The notes under the pieces: model-generated
What the model saw: only the letters and a program-made list of their open reading frames with translations
The model's database searches: none
Told to the model about the DNA's origin: nothing
Source of the DNA: Methanofastidiosum sp.
GTDB lineage: Archaea; Methanobacteriota_B; Thermococci; Methanofastidiosales; Methanofastidiosaceae
DNA length: 64,000 nucleotides
Direction: 5' to 3'
Assembly: GCA_039679445.1 (NCBI GenBank)
Contig: JBDKUY010000071.1
Coordinates: forward strand, 324-64,323
Program-made: the position numbers and the translations under genes
Shown here: positions 1-10,094 of the stretch, piece after piece
Layout: every line of letters starts with the position of its first letter
Position numbering within the stretch: position 1 is the stretch's first letter

Positions 1-160
1 TCACAATTGTAAAATAAATAGCATCTATCAAAGTTAGCTTTTCAATGTATGCAAAAGCATTAACTTCTAAGATAAAAAATCCAAAAATTATAATAAGGAT
101 TTTCCCTTCCCTACGTTTTAGATATTCCAAGAGACTTTTATTCTTAAAGTATCTAATCAT
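1..160 (-). CDS. Potassium channel protein (two-TM Ion_trans_2/MthK-like), N-terminal part, runs off the window
   Basis: Not in the ORF track. Manual translation from ATG at 160 gives MIRYFKNKSLLEYLKRREGKILIIIFGFFILEVNAFAYIEKLTLIDAIYFTIV..., a TM helix followed by the typical pore-helix motif 'DAxYFxxVT'. Confidence 0.8.
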   Translation of the reverse strand, partial: MIRYFKNKSLLEYLKRREGKILIIIFGFFILEVNAFAYIEKLTLIDAIYFTIV

Positions 161-229
161 TACTTTTTTGTTAACTTATTAGGATATAATATTATTGGTT
201 TTTGTATGAGGCTGCGACTTCTTTGATTT

Positions 230-291
230 TAAGTTCAGAACTCAAAATCCTCATCATGGCATATGCTCAGAAGGGGTCGCTCATCACCATT
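230..291 (-). ncRNA. Box C/D methylation guide sRNA (predicted target Cm34 of tRNA-Leu(CAA))
   Basis: Minus strand reads GTGATGA (C, 287-281) gcgacccctt CTGA (D', 270-267) gcatatgcc ATGATGA (C', 257-251) ggattttgagtt CTGA (D, 238-235). TATA-like TTTAAAAA about 25 nt upstream. Ends approximate. Confidence 0.85.
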
Positions 292-337
292 ATAATTATT
301 TCAATACATTTTTAAAGTTTTATTTTTATTTTTGATT

Positions 338-1129
338 ATGGACGAACATGAAATAGAGGCTTTAGGTAAATCGAAAATAGTAATAAAAAATGGGAAAGTA
401 ATAAGTGTTGAAGACCCCATCATTGATTATTGCCCTCTTTTTGATAAACATAGGGGAATAAAAAAACTGACTAAAGACTCAATTAAAGAGAATATTGAAT
501 TTAGAATACAAGATTTTGGGATGTGTACAGAGGATAGAAAATTTCCCTCGCAAGATTTTCTTTCTATTGGTGCGAGTGAGATTATTTCCACATTATTAAA
601 AAAAGGACTCTTGGATGCAACTGTAATTGTAAGTGACGGTTGCGGGACTGTCATTGTCACTAATCCAGAAAAAGTTGAAGGTTTGGCAGGAAGAATTTCT
701 GGTGTAATTAGAACTTCACCGGTTAAAAATGTTATTTCATTTGTAGGAGTATCTAATGTACTAGACCCAGAGAATTGTGAGATAAATCAAGTTAAAGGAT
801 TAGAAATGGCCATATCAAAAGGTTACAAAAATATAGCCATTACAATATCAAATGCTAAAGATATACCGGAAATAAGAAAAATTGAAAAGATTAATTCTTG
901 TAATATTTTAATATTTGGAGTCCATACAACTGGAATCTCAAGAGATGACGCAGCTATATTTATGGAGTATGGGGACATAATAACTGCATGTATGAGTGAA
1001 GAGCTAAAAGAGATAGGAGATAAAAAAAATATTTACAAAACTAAAACAAAAATACCAATATATGCACCTAGTGAAAAAGGTAAAAATGCTATAGAATTAA
1101 GATTAAAGGAAATAGAAAAGAAAAATTAG
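338..1129 (+). CDS. Methanogenesis marker protein 8 (DUF2099 family)
   Basis: MDEHEIEALGK...YCPLF...NIEFRI.DFGMCT...DGCGTV...GRISG...HTTG pattern. ATG at 338 preferred over TTG at 332. Confidence 0.85.
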   Translation: MDEHEIEALGKSKIVIKNGKVISVEDPIIDYCPLFDKHRGIKKLTKDSIKENIEFRIQDFGMCTEDRKFPSQDFLSIGASEIISTLLKKGLLDATVIVSDGCGTVIVTNPEKVEGLAGRISGVIRTSPVKNVISFVGVSNVLDPENCEINQVKGLEMAISKGYKNIAITISNAKDIPEIRKIEKINSCNILIFGVHTTGISRDDAAIFMEYGDIITACMSEELKEIGDKKNIYKTKTKIPIYAPSEKGKNAIELRLKEIEKKN

Positions 1130-1136
1130 AAGTTAT

Positions 1137-2516
1137 CTACCCAAGATAAGTTTTGTGTATTGCCCTAATAGCGTTGTGGCCATCTTCTTTAGAAACGACG
1201 AAAGAGATTGAAACTTCTGAAGACCCTTGTGAAATCATTAATATGTTAATCTTGTCTTTTGCGATAGCGGAAAATAATCCTGCTGCTGTACCCACCGCAC
1301 CTTTCATTCCCTTTCCTACTACACTTATTATATTCACTCCCTTGATGTGAGAAATATCCCTGACCAAGTCTTTTGTTGGGAATGTTTTTCTCAGAGCATA
1401 TTCAGATTTTTCTGTGTCTTTCTCGGATATTACAAAAGAAATATTTGCTTCCGAAGATCCTTGTGAAATCATGTAAACGTTAATATTGTAATCGCCTAAA
1501 GCTTTGAAAACTTTTGCAGCTACGCCCGGAACTCCAATCATTCCAGCCCCAGAAACGTAAACAATTGCAGCGTTTTCAATTATGCTTATGGCCTTTACAG
1601 CTTTGTGATTTGCTTTTGTATCCTTTAGGATTAGAGTGCCTGGAGAGTCTGACATGCTATTTTTTACCCTGACAGGGATATTTTTAGAAATTGCAGGTTC
1701 GATTGTTCTTGGATGAAGAACTTTGGCACCAAAATATGCCAGTTCCATTGCTTCAAGGTAGGACAGTTCTGGGATTGTATAAGCATTACTGCATATTTTT
1801 GGATTTGTAGTCATTATTCCATCTACATCAGTCATTATCCATATTTCATCTGCACTAATCCCCGCACCAATTATTGAAGCTGTGTAATCAGACCCCCCTC
1901 TGCCAAGTGTAGTGATATCTCCTTCTCTACTCTTAGCTATAAATCCAGTAACTACTGGAATCATGCCCCTTTTTATTAATGGCATCAAATTATCAGATGT
2001 TTTTTTATAACTTTCATCAAAGAATACTGCGGCCTCTCCAAAGTTATTATCTGTGACAATCAAAGAAAATGCGTCTACTTTATCAGATGGCACACCGTGT
2101 GCTTCTATTGTTTTTGACAATATCAAACTCGAAAGTCTTTCTCCAAAAGAGACTATTCTATCCTTTGAACGTAAAGAAAGCTCACCTAAGTAATGCACTC
2201 CTATCAAGCTTTTTTCAAGGTCAATTAAAAGAGCATCAATTTTTTCTTTGGTAATTTTTACTAATTCTTCATTTTTTATATTTTTACAAGCATCAAAATG
2301 CTTATATCTAAGTTCATTTAGAATGGGGGCAATATCTTCTCCCTTAAGAGATTTGTCAGCAGCCCCTAGAAGCATGTCTGTAACTCCAGACATTGCAGAA
2401 ACGACAACTACAACTTCATTTCCTTTATTGTATGTATCTATAGCTATATTTGCAGTGTTAAGGAATCTTTCAGCGTTGCCGACAGATGTCCCACCATATT
2501 TCATTACAATTCTCAT
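1137..2516 (-). CDS. lysC: Aspartate kinase
   Basis: KYGGTSV, VVVVSAM, TTLGRGGSDYTA, FGAKVLHP, plus C-terminal ACT domains. Confidence 0.95.
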   Translation of the reverse strand: MRIVMKYGGTSVGNAERFLNTANIAIDTYNKGNEVVVVVSAMSGVTDMLLGAADKSLKGEDIAPILNELRYKHFDACKNIKNEELVKITKEKIDALLIDLEKSLIGVHYLGELSLRSKDRIVSFGERLSSLILSKTIEAHGVPSDKVDAFSLIVTDNNFGEAAVFFDESYKKTSDNLMPLIKRGMIPVVTGFIAKSREGDITTLGRGGSDYTASIIGAGISADEIWIMTDVDGIMTTNPKICSNAYTIPELSYLEAMELAYFGAKVLHPRTIEPAISKNIPVRVKNSMSDSPGTLILKDTKANHKAVKAISIIENAAIVYVSGAGMIGVPGVAAKVFKALGDYNINVYMISQGSSEANISFVISEKDTEKSEYALRKTFPTKDLVRDISHIKGVNIISVVGKGMKGAVGTAAGLFSAIAKDKINILMISQGSSEVSISFVVSKEDGHNAIRAIHKTYLG

Positions 2517-2567
2517 TAAAGACCCCCAAACATGTTATTTAGGCAAGAAATCTACTTAAAAGACTTT

Positions 2568-3254
2568 CTAAAAAAGAAATTTGCGTTCTCTTCCAGATAC
2601 TTTTTTCAAATAATCAATAGATTCCTTATAAAAAGGAAATTTCTCTTCTTCTTTTTTAAATGGCCCTGTGTGTATTTTTCTCCTGCCTCTCTTATAAGTG
2701 AATCCAAATTTAATATGCAGCATTTCGTGGTACATTATGTATTCAACTACATACTTAGGAGTTTTTTTCTCATCCAAAAGACTTGAAACTACAATCTCAT
2801 TTTTAGAGCGGTCATATCTCCCAAAAATCCTGTAGGCCCTTCTTTTGGACCACCTTAAGGCAGGTTTAGTTATTTCATTAGAAAAAAATTTAGTATTAAT
2901 TGTGTAGAATATTTCATCAAGATCAAAGTAACTCCCATTTGGTTCATGTACCCCTTTCACACTATCAAAAGGTTCGTTGATTATTATGTTATGAATGTAA
3001 TCATTATATGCCCTTTTATATCTAGGTGCTACCCGAATACCTTTAATTTTGGATAAAAGAACATATGCAAGAGCTTCTTTTACTTCTTGGGGTGCATCTT
3101 TTAATTTATCAGATACCCTAACGTATAGAGCACCTTTTTTTACCCTAGCAGTATTCTTTATACTTTTATATGGATAGTAGTCAGATACTACTTTATATCT
3201 AAATCCCAAGTTTAGAGATACATTGGAAATTATTTGATTTAATTTGGCGTCCAT
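2568..3254 (-). CDS. SprT-like/YgjP-type zinc metalloprotease domain protein
   Basis: YIMYHEMLH (HExxH) followed by H..FK..E..FP. Confidence 0.75.
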   Translation of the reverse strand: MDAKLNQIISNVSLNLGFRYKVVSDYYPYKSIKNTARVKKGALYVRVSDKLKDAPQEVKEALAYVLLSKIKGIRVAPRYKRAYNDYIHNIIINEPFDSVKGVHEPNGSYFDLDEIFYTINTKFFSNEITKPALRWSKRRAYRIFGRYDRSKNEIVVSSLLDEKKTPKYVVEYIMYHEMLHIKFGFTYKRGRRKIHTGPFKKEEEKFPFYKESIDYLKKVSGRERKFLF

Positions 3255-3334
3255 TGGACAGATTTCTGATGTTGACTTATAAAGATTTTTGGGAAAAGAT
3301 TTATAATATGGCTACCTTGTTTGTTCGTGGTTAA

Positions 3335-3868
3335 TTGTACTTCCCAATCATTCTTAACACAAATAAAGAAGTTTTAATAGTTGGTGCAGGCAATGTATCC
3401 CTTAGAAAAACAAAAAAACTTCTTGAATTTACGAATAATATTAAAGTTATTTCTTCAGAGTTTCATGAAGATTTTGATAATCTAAATATTAAAAAAATTA
3501 AAATGGAAATAAATGAAGAGAATTTTCCTACACTAATTAGCAAAGATACCAGCTTTGTTATACTATCATTAAATAATAAGGAACTAAACAGAAAACTATG
3601 CAACATTTGTAAAAAAAATAGAATAATGGTAAATGTAGTTGATGATAAAGAACTGTCGGATATAATCTTCCCAGCTGTTATAGAAAAGGAAAATCTACTA
3701 ATTGCAATATCCACTAAAGGAGAATGCCCATACTATTCCAAAAAACTTAAAGAAGAAATAGCGGAATTTATCGATAGAAAAGATAAAGAAGCAAAAATAT
3801 TGATTAATGCTAGAAAGAAAGGGGATGCCCTTGATGACACTTATAAAAAAATTAAAAGAGGATTGTGA
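3335..3868 (+). CDS. sirC: Precorrin-2 dehydrogenase (SirC/CysG N-terminal type)
   Basis: YFPI, LIVGAGNV..RK Rossmann motif, VNVVD, FPA, IAIST.G..P; first gene of the hem cluster. Confidence 0.85.
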   Translation: MYFPIILNTNKEVLIVGAGNVSLRKTKKLLEFTNNIKVISSEFHEDFDNLNIKKIKMEINEENFPTLISKDTSFVILSLNNKELNRKLCNICKKNRIMVNVVDDKELSDIIFPAVIEKENLLIAISTKGECPYYSKKLKEEIAEFIDRKDKEAKILINARKKGDALDDTYKKIKRGL

Positions 3869-5098
3869 ATGTTCCTACTAAATTTTATGATTACCTACCA
3901 AAACGCCCCAGTATATGTGAGGGAAAAATTTTCCTTTTCTAAAAAACATAGAAATGAATTCATGAGACAAATATGTTGTGAAACTGGTGTAAAAGGATGT
4001 GTAATACTAAATACCTGCAACAGAACAGAGATATATTGTGTAGCAGACAGGGGCGAATCTATAGAGGGCATTATCCTTCTTTTGAAGAATATAAGCCCTG
4101 ATGTTGAGAATTATTTAGAGGTATCTAGTGGAAATGAAGCGATAAGGCATTTGTTTAGAGTTGCTTCAGGTTTAGAATCACTAATTATTGGCGAAAATCA
4201 GATTTTATCCCAAGTTAAAAATAATTATTTTGAATGTAAAAGCGAATGCTCAACGGATTCATTATTGGACATTATTTTTAATCAAGCAATAAGGGTTGGA
4301 AAACTTGTAAGAACAAATACTGATATTTCTAAAGGTGGAGTTTCAGTTGGAAGCGCGGCAGTCAAACTTGCCGAAAATATATTTGGTTCTTTAGTTGATA
4401 AAAAAATATTGATTGTTGGTGCAGGAGAAATGAGTTGTCTTATTGCTAAGTCACTCTCTTCAAAAGGTGTTGATGGCGTATATGTTTCGAATAGAAACTA
4501 TGAGGCGGCAAAAAATATAGCAGAAACCATAGGTGGTCAAGCGCTAAAATTTGATTATTTGATGGATCACATCAAAGTTTCAGATCTTGTTATAACTGCA
4601 ACTTCTGCCCCCCACACAATAATCCACGCAAATGAAATAAAAGAAATAGTAAAGGAACGAAATAAAGACTTAGTAATCATAGACATTGCAATACCAAAAG
4701 ATGTTGAGGACTCTGTTGGGAAAATTGAAAGTGTCCATCTTTACAATATTGACTCACTATCGGAAATAGCTAAAGAGAATATGGAAATAAGGAGGGAAGA
4801 AGCTGAAAAGGCATCATTGATAGTCGAACAAGAATTAAAAAAACTTGAAACTAATCTTAAAGGAATGTTTGTAGAGCCTTATATAGCAGATGTTTGGGTA
4901 AAAGCTGAAGATATAAGAAAAACAGAATTAGATAGAGCTTTAAGAATGCTTAATCTTGATAATGAAAAAGATATAATGATTTTAGAAGATTTGACAAAGG
5001 CCATAGTTTCTAAAGTTTTGCATAAACCAGTCAGAGATTTAAGAGAAAAAGTATACAATAACTTGGAGGCGGTAGAATCTTTCCAGAAGTTAGATTGA
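3869..5098 (+). CDS. hemA: Glutamyl-tRNA reductase
   Basis: [44 protein letters not shown]. Confidence 0.97.
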   Translation: MFLLNFMITYQNAPVYVREKFSFSKKHRNEFMRQICCETGVKGCVILNTCNRTEIYCVADRGESIEGIILLLKNISPDVENYLEVSSGNEAIRHLFRVASGLESLIIGENQILSQVKNNYFECKSECSTDSLLDIIFNQAIRVGKLVRTNTDISKGGVSVGSAAVKLAENIFGSLVDKKILIVGAGEMSCLIAKSLSSKGVDGVYVSNRNYEAAKNIAETIGGQALKFDYLMDHIKVSDLVITATSAPHTIIHANEIKEIVKERNKDLVIIDIAIPKDVEDSVGKIESVHLYNIDSLSEIAKENMEIRREEAEKASLIVEQELKKLETNLKGMFVEPYIADVWVKAEDIRKTELDRALRMLNLDNEKDIMILEDLTKAIVSKVLHKPVRDLREKVYNNLEAVESFQKLD

Positions 5099-6033
5099 GA
5101 AGACTAAGAAAAAATGAAAGACTTAGAGCTTTGCTCAGGGAGCATGATGTAACCCCAAACGATCTAATTTATCCTATTTTTGTACATGAAAAAAGTAAGA
5201 TAGAAGAGATACCATCTATGCCGGGCCAATTTAGATATCCCGTCTCTGAGTTAAAGAAAATTACAAAAAAAGCGGAAGACCTTGGAATACCAGGAATTTT
5301 ACTTTTTGGTATGCCTGAAAAAAAAGATGAAGTTGGTAGTGAAGCGTATAGTGACAAGGGAATTGTTCAAAAGGCAATTAGGAATATAAAAGAGAATACT
5401 GATCTTCTCATAATTACAGATATTTGTCTTTGCCAATATACTTCGCATGGTCACTGTGGATTAGTCAGTGATGGAATAATAAAAAATGATGACACATTGA
5501 GATTATTAGCTAAAACGGCTTTGTCCCATGCAAAGGCAGGTGCAGATATAGTAGCCCCCTCTGACATGATGGACGGAAGAGTCTTTGCAATAAGAACTGA
5601 ATTAGACAAAAACTCTTTCGAAGAAGTTTTGATTATGTCTTATGCCGCAAAATTTTTATCATCCTTTTACGGCCCTTTTAGAGAAGCGGCCCATTCTGCG
5701 CCAGTTTTTGGTGATAGGAGAACCTACCAAATGGAACCGGGAAATATCTTGGAAGCTCTAAGAGAAGTTGAACTCGACATTAAAGAAGGTGCCGATATTG
5801 TTATGGTGAAACCTGCCTTGCCTTACCTAGACGTCATATTTAGGGTAAAGGAAAAATTTGGACTTCCTACAGCAGCATATAATGTCAGTGGCGAATATTC
5901 TATGGTAAAGGCGGCGTCAAAGATGGGTTGGATCGATGAAAATAAAGTAATGGAAGAGGTACTCCTGTCCATAAAACGTGCCGGAGCTGACTTTATTATA
6001 TCGTACTTTGCATTGGAGTACGCATCCCGATGA
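5095..6033 (+). CDS. hemB: Porphobilinogen synthase (Zn-dependent)
   Basis: [44 protein letters not shown]. Confidence 0.97.
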   Translation: MRRLRKNERLRALLREHDVTPNDLIYPIFVHEKSKIEEIPSMPGQFRYPVSELKKITKKAEDLGIPGILLFGMPEKKDEVGSEAYSDKGIVQKAIRNIKENTDLLIITDICLCQYTSHGHCGLVSDGIIKNDDTLRLLAKTALSHAKAGADIVAPSDMMDGRVFAIRTELDKNSFEEVLIMSYAAKFLSSFYGPFREAAHSAPVFGDRRTYQMEPGNILEALREVELDIKEGADIVMVKPALPYLDVIFRVKEKFGLPTAAYNVSGEYSMVKAASKMGWIDENKVMEEVLLSIKRAGADFIISYFALEYASR

Positions 6034-6692
6034 ATAGCTTTGAGATATACAAAATATTAAAAGAGTATTTTGGAGAAGTAGGCAGTTGGTGGCCAAAAGA
6101 TAGACCTTTTGAAGTTATAATTGGTGCCATACTTACCCAACAATCAACTTGGACCAATGTTGAAAAAGCCTTGAAGAATCTAAAAGAAGCAAATATTCTA
6201 ACTCCAAAGGATATAGTGGAATTACCTCTTGACAGTTTAAAGCAAATAATTAAATCAAGCGGTTTCTTTAATCAGAAAGCAGAAAGATTGAGAAAGATAT
6301 CCGAATATCTTTTGGTTACTTATAGTGGAGATCTTGAATTATTATTTAGCAAGGATAAAAAAATTCTACGAGAAGAGCTTTTAGAATTAAAGGGGGTTGG
6401 CGATGAAACTGCTGACAGTATTATTTTATATGCCGCAGAAAAAACTGAATTTGTCGTTGATGCATATACAAAGAGAATTTATTCAAGGTTAAAAATTGTT
6501 GAAGAAAGAATTAGTTATGGGGATTTAAAAAAATACATAATAAATGAAATACCTGAAGACCTACTAACATATCAAGAGTTTCATGGACTTATAGTCCTAC
6601 TAGGGAAAAACCTATGCAAGAAAAATCCAAATTGTATAGAGTGCCCACTTAATTCAAAATGCAAGCATATAATTAATAAAAAGATATATTAA
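6030..6692 (+). CDS. Endonuclease III-related HhH-GPD DNA glycosylase
   Basis: WWP..PFEV.IGAILTQ, LKGVG.ETADSI, VDAYT.R, C-terminal C-x5-C-x2-C-x5-C Fe-S motif. Confidence 0.88.
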   Translation: MNSFEIYKILKEYFGEVGSWWPKDRPFEVIIGAILTQQSTWTNVEKALKNLKEANILTPKDIVELPLDSLKQIIKSSGFFNQKAERLRKISEYLLVTYSGDLELLFSKDKKILREELLELKGVGDETADSIILYAAEKTEFVVDAYTKRIYSRLKIVEERISYGDLKKYIINEIPEDLLTYQEFHGLIVLLGKNLCKKNPNCIECPLNSKCKHIINKKIY

Positions 6693-7852
6693 TCATTCTT
6701 AAAGGTCTTTTTAAAAATACTCTTCGCACTTTCAGAATATCGTTTCGCCTCTTCAGTTCTTCCTAGTGATTCATACATCTCAGCAAGATTTAACATTGCC
6801 ATTGCTACATCAGGATTATTAGTGCCAAATACTTTTTCTAAAATTATAAGCCCTTTCTTAAAATAGGATTCTGCTTCTTCGTATTGCTCTCTTGCCCTAT
6901 ATAATCCTGCTAGATTATTTAAAAAAGTCACAAGCGAAGGATGGAATTCGCCCAAAGTTATCTGAGATATTTGAAATGCCTCTTTAAAGTAGCGCTCTGC
7001 TTCGTCATATTGCCCTATGCCCTCTTTGACCAAAGCTATATTATTAAATGTCATTGCATGGTAGTGATGATTCTTACCATAACTCTTTTCATCAATTTTC
7101 AGAACTTCTCTGTAAAGTTTCTCAGCTTTCCCGTAATTTCCTTCAAGATAATAAATTCCAGCAATATTATTTATTGCTGTGGCAATGTCTGGGTGATCTG
7201 GACCACTAGCACTTCTCCATATTTCAAATGCCCTCTTATACAAATTTAATGCTTCAGTATATTGTCCCTTTATTTTATGTATTTCAGCCAAATTATTCAA
7301 AGCCGACCCAATATCTGGACTCTTAGAATCTTTATGGCGCTCAAAAATTTCTATTGCTTTCCTATATAGAGTCTCTGCTTCAGCAAATCTCTTCTCTAAA
7401 CGATAAAGATCTGCCAGATTATTATAGCTTGTAGCGATTTCAAGGTGATTTTGACCCAAAGCTTTTTGTTTAATCTCTAAAGATCTTTTATATAGTGGTT
7501 CAGCCTCTTTGTATTTACCTCTTGATACATAAATACCCGCAAGATTATTCAAAGAGGTGGCAACATCTGGGTCATCGGGACCTAAATTATTTTCCCATAT
7601 CTCTAACGCATTTACGGAAAGAGATTCCGCTTCTTCAAACTTTCCCTGGGCATCATATACCAACGAGAGATTGTTCATGGAAATAGCAACTTTGGTGCTA
7701 TCTTTTCCATAGACTTTTTTTGCAATGTCAATAGATAGTTTTGCAAGCTCTGCCGCTTCATTGTACTTTCCTTCTCGATAAGTATTTATTGCCTTATAGG
7801 TAGTATTATCCCAAAGCACGTCAAAGGCTTTTTCCTGATTCTTAGAAACCAC
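6689..7852 (-). CDS. Tetratricopeptide repeat protein (42-aa kinesin-light-chain-type TPRs)
   Basis: About 8 repeats of 'HPD.ATSLNNLA..Y...G.Y.EAE.LY.RAL.I'. Confidence 0.9.
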   Translation of the reverse strand: MVSKNQEKAFDVLWDNTTYKAINTYREGKYNEAAELAKLSIDIAKKVYGKDSTKVAISMNNLSLVYDAQGKFEEAESLSVNALEIWENNLGPDDPDVATSLNNLAGIYVSRGKYKEAEPLYKRSLEIKQKALGQNHLEIATSYNNLADLYRLEKRFAEAETLYRKAIEIFERHKDSKSPDIGSALNNLAEIHKIKGQYTEALNLYKRAFEIWRSASGPDHPDIATAINNIAGIYYLEGNYGKAEKLYREVLKIDEKSYGKNHHYHAMTFNNIALVKEGIGQYDEAERYFKEAFQISQITLGEFHPSLVTFLNNLAGLYRAREQYEEAESYFKKGLIILEKVFGTNNPDVAMAMLNLAEMYESLGRTEEAKRYSESAKSIFKKTFKND

Positions 7853-7880
7853 ATTATTACCCCAACAGTCTATAAATAAG

Positions 7881-8231
7881 CTAAATAGACTTATATTTCT
7901 CTATTATCTCTTTTAACTCATTAAATCTTACAGGTTTTCTCAAAACTTCTTTTGCTCCGGCTTCTAAAGCTTTGGTACCTATAGTAGAGCCATAAGCTGT
8001 TATGGCGATTATCTTTGCCTTTGGATCAAATTGAATTATTTCCTTAGTCGCATCTATACCACTTTTTTTTGGAAGTTTTAAATCCATAAGAACTACGTCA
8101 GGTTTATGCTCTTTGTAAAGGGCAACGGCTGCTTCTCCATCTGAAGCCGTGAACAAATTATCCCCCTCCAAAAATTCCTGATAAAATTCTGATAAATCTT
8201 TATAATCCTCTACTATTAAGATTTTAGACAT
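7881..8231 (-). CDS. Stand-alone response regulator receiver domain (CheY-like)
   Basis: ILIVED, DVVLMDLKLPKKSG (phosphoacceptor Asp), ITAY, KP. Confidence 0.92.
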   Translation of the reverse strand: MSKILIVEDYKDLSEFYQEFLEGDNLFTASDGEAAVALYKEHKPDVVLMDLKLPKKSGIDATKEIIQFDPKAKIIAITAYGSTIGTKALEAGAKEVLRKPVRFNELKEIIEKYKSI

Positions 8232-8351
8232 AAAATCACTCTATTATATAAATATCTAGTTTCCTTATGTATTTATCGTATAAAAACTTTATGATGAAAA
8301 ACGATAGACTTTTAATTGATACTAATTTAACCCAATTGAAACTTATCTTTC

Positions 8352-8414
8352 AACAAAACCTTTAAAAATCACAGAAAGTAAGATAAGTAACACAAAATAT
8401 AAATAAAGTAACAC
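8352..8414 (+). promoter_or_regulatory. cfb operon promoter (BRE/TATA at ~8352-8368) with candidate NikR-type operator GTAACAC-N14-GTAACAC (8387-8414)
   Basis: TTTAAAAA at 8361. Two GTAACAC copies 21 bp apart span 28 bp at the predicted transcription start. SD GAGGTG precedes cfbA. Confidence 0.55.
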
Positions 8415-8435
8415 GAAATACATGAGGTGTGATAA

Positions 8436-8819
8436 ATGAAAGGCGCAATATTAGTTGGACATGGTAGTAGGCTCAGTTACAACAAAGAGCTTCTAACAAA
8501 ATTATCGGAAATTTTTAAAGATTATTTTGATGGGGGGATAATAGAGATTGGATTCATGGAAATGAATACCCCAAAGATAATGGATGCTGTAAAAAGTGCT
8601 GTTAAGAAGGGTGCAGATGAATTGTATATAATTCCAGTATTCTTGGCAAAAGGCGTTCATACAACGGAAGATATTCCAAATGAAGTCGGTGGCTTCCAAA
8701 ATGGGAAGAGTACAATTGGTGTAGATGGAAAAAAAGTAAAACTAATTTACTGCGAACCTATTGGGCCCGACAGAAGAATTGCTGAGATTCTTTGGGATAG
8801 AGTAAAGGAAAAATATTAA
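8436..8819 (+). CDS. cfbA: Sirohydrochlorin nickelochelatase
   Basis: CbiX-S type: LVGHGSRL, GFME...P, PVFLAKGVHTTEDIP, EPIGPD; heads the F430 operon. Confidence 0.93.
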   Translation: MKGAILVGHGSRLSYNKELLTKLSEIFKDYFDGGIIEIGFMEMNTPKIMDAVKSAVKKGADELYIIPVFLAKGVHTTEDIPNEVGGFQNGKSTIGVDGKKVKLIYCEPIGPDRRIAEILWDRVKEKY

Positions 8820-10090
8820 TGAAAAAGTTCATCGTACTTGATATAAATCATGGTGGAGATTACCTAGCATATATCCTAAAGGATCGGGGCTTTGAAGTAA
8901 TTGTCTATGACATATACCAAACCAATGGTGAAAAAAGACAAGAGATCAATAAAAAAAATATTCAAGTAATTGATTCTATAGAAAAAGATTACAAAGATTA
9001 CACCGTTGTACACCCTGTCCATTGCCCCGACAATTTTCTTTCTTCTTTTTCAAATAATAAGAAATTAAGTCACCATGAGCTAGTAAAATATCTATTTAAT
9101 GATAAAAATAACGTAATTGAAATCACAGGGTCAAAGGGTAAAACAACAACAGCCCATATTTTGGCCTACCTTCTTTCATTTGAAGCGGAGGTTTTCCTTA
9201 ACTCCTCGAGGGGATTTGAGACTTTTCTAAAAGGTAAAACCAAAGTAATAGATAAAAATAATTCGATATCTGCTGGATACACAGCTAAAATATTGTCAGA
9301 GCACAATAAAACACCTCAAGTACTTGAAGAAAGCCTAGGGATATGTGGAATCGGCAATATTTCAATTCTAACAAGTACAAATCCAGTCTATAGCATAAAA
9401 GGTGGAAATGGTAGTTCATTAGAAGCAAAAAAGCAACTCTTCAAATTATCAGAAGGCAAAATTATAATTGATGGAAAAGATAAGATTGCAAATGATTTGG
9501 CAGATGAATATGGAAAAGAAGTAATTCGAATATGGGAAGATGTAAGGATTGAACTACCTGATTATTTACAAATTGGCAAGGATGTTCATTCTAACATTTA
9601 TTTCAAAGATTTAGAATTGCAATCTAAATTCAATGGAAAATATCTTCTAGCTGGGTATGTGAACCCTATATTATTTAGTGCTATGGCTTTAAAAATATTA
9701 AATAAAGACCTAGAAAAAATGTCAGAACATTTAACCATGTTTAACGGCGTGGTAAATAGATTATCTGTTATAAATGAAAATGGTTATACTAAAATTATTG
9801 ATAAATCTGGAGGCTTTTCAGAAGACAGCTTAAGATATTTATTATCTCTTTTGAAAATGAACTATGATATGTTCTACAAAAACATTAATTTATTGATTGA
9901 TTTAAATAACGTATCACATTGCCAAAAAATAGACATTTACGCTTTAGATAGTGTGATTGGAGAATTTGGCAATCTAGTAGACAATGCATTTTTATTAGGC
10001 AATCATGATTTTGAAAGATTTAAATACCTAAAAAATAGCACTGAACTTAATATAAAAACGGGGGATCTTTTAATAGAATGTGGTAAGTGA
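8819..10090 (+). CDS. cfbE: Coenzyme F430 synthetase (Mur-ligase-like)
   Basis: LDINHGG, PVHCP, SHHE.V, IEITGSKGKTTTA, EESLG..G; position between cfbA and cfbD. Confidence 0.88.
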   Translation: MKKFIVLDINHGGDYLAYILKDRGFEVIVYDIYQTNGEKRQEINKKNIQVIDSIEKDYKDYTVVHPVHCPDNFLSSFSNNKKLSHHELVKYLFNDKNNVIEITGSKGKTTTAHILAYLLSFEAEVFLNSSRGFETFLKGKTKVIDKNNSISAGYTAKILSEHNKTPQVLEESLGICGIGNISILTSTNPVYSIKGGNGSSLEAKKQLFKLSEGKIIIDGKDKIANDLADEYGKEVIRIWEDVRIELPDYLQIGKDVHSNIYFKDLELQSKFNGKYLLAGYVNPILFSAMALKILNKDLEKMSEHLTMFNGVVNRLSVINENGYTKIIDKSGGFSEDSLRYLLSLLKMNYDMFYKNINLLIDLNNVSHCQKIDIYALDSVIGEFGNLVDNAFLLGNHDFERFKYLKNSTELNIKTGDLLIECGK

Positions 10091-10094
10091 TAAC

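Noticed and set aside
204..292. Fluoride riboswitch reading of the element upstream of the ion-channel gene (GGTGATGA... start)
   Set aside because: It lacks the expected pairing and downstream consensus, while four perfect C/D boxes with correct spacing explain the sequence better.
6689..7852. 126-bp periodicity
   Set aside because: Explained by 42-aa TPR coding repeats.
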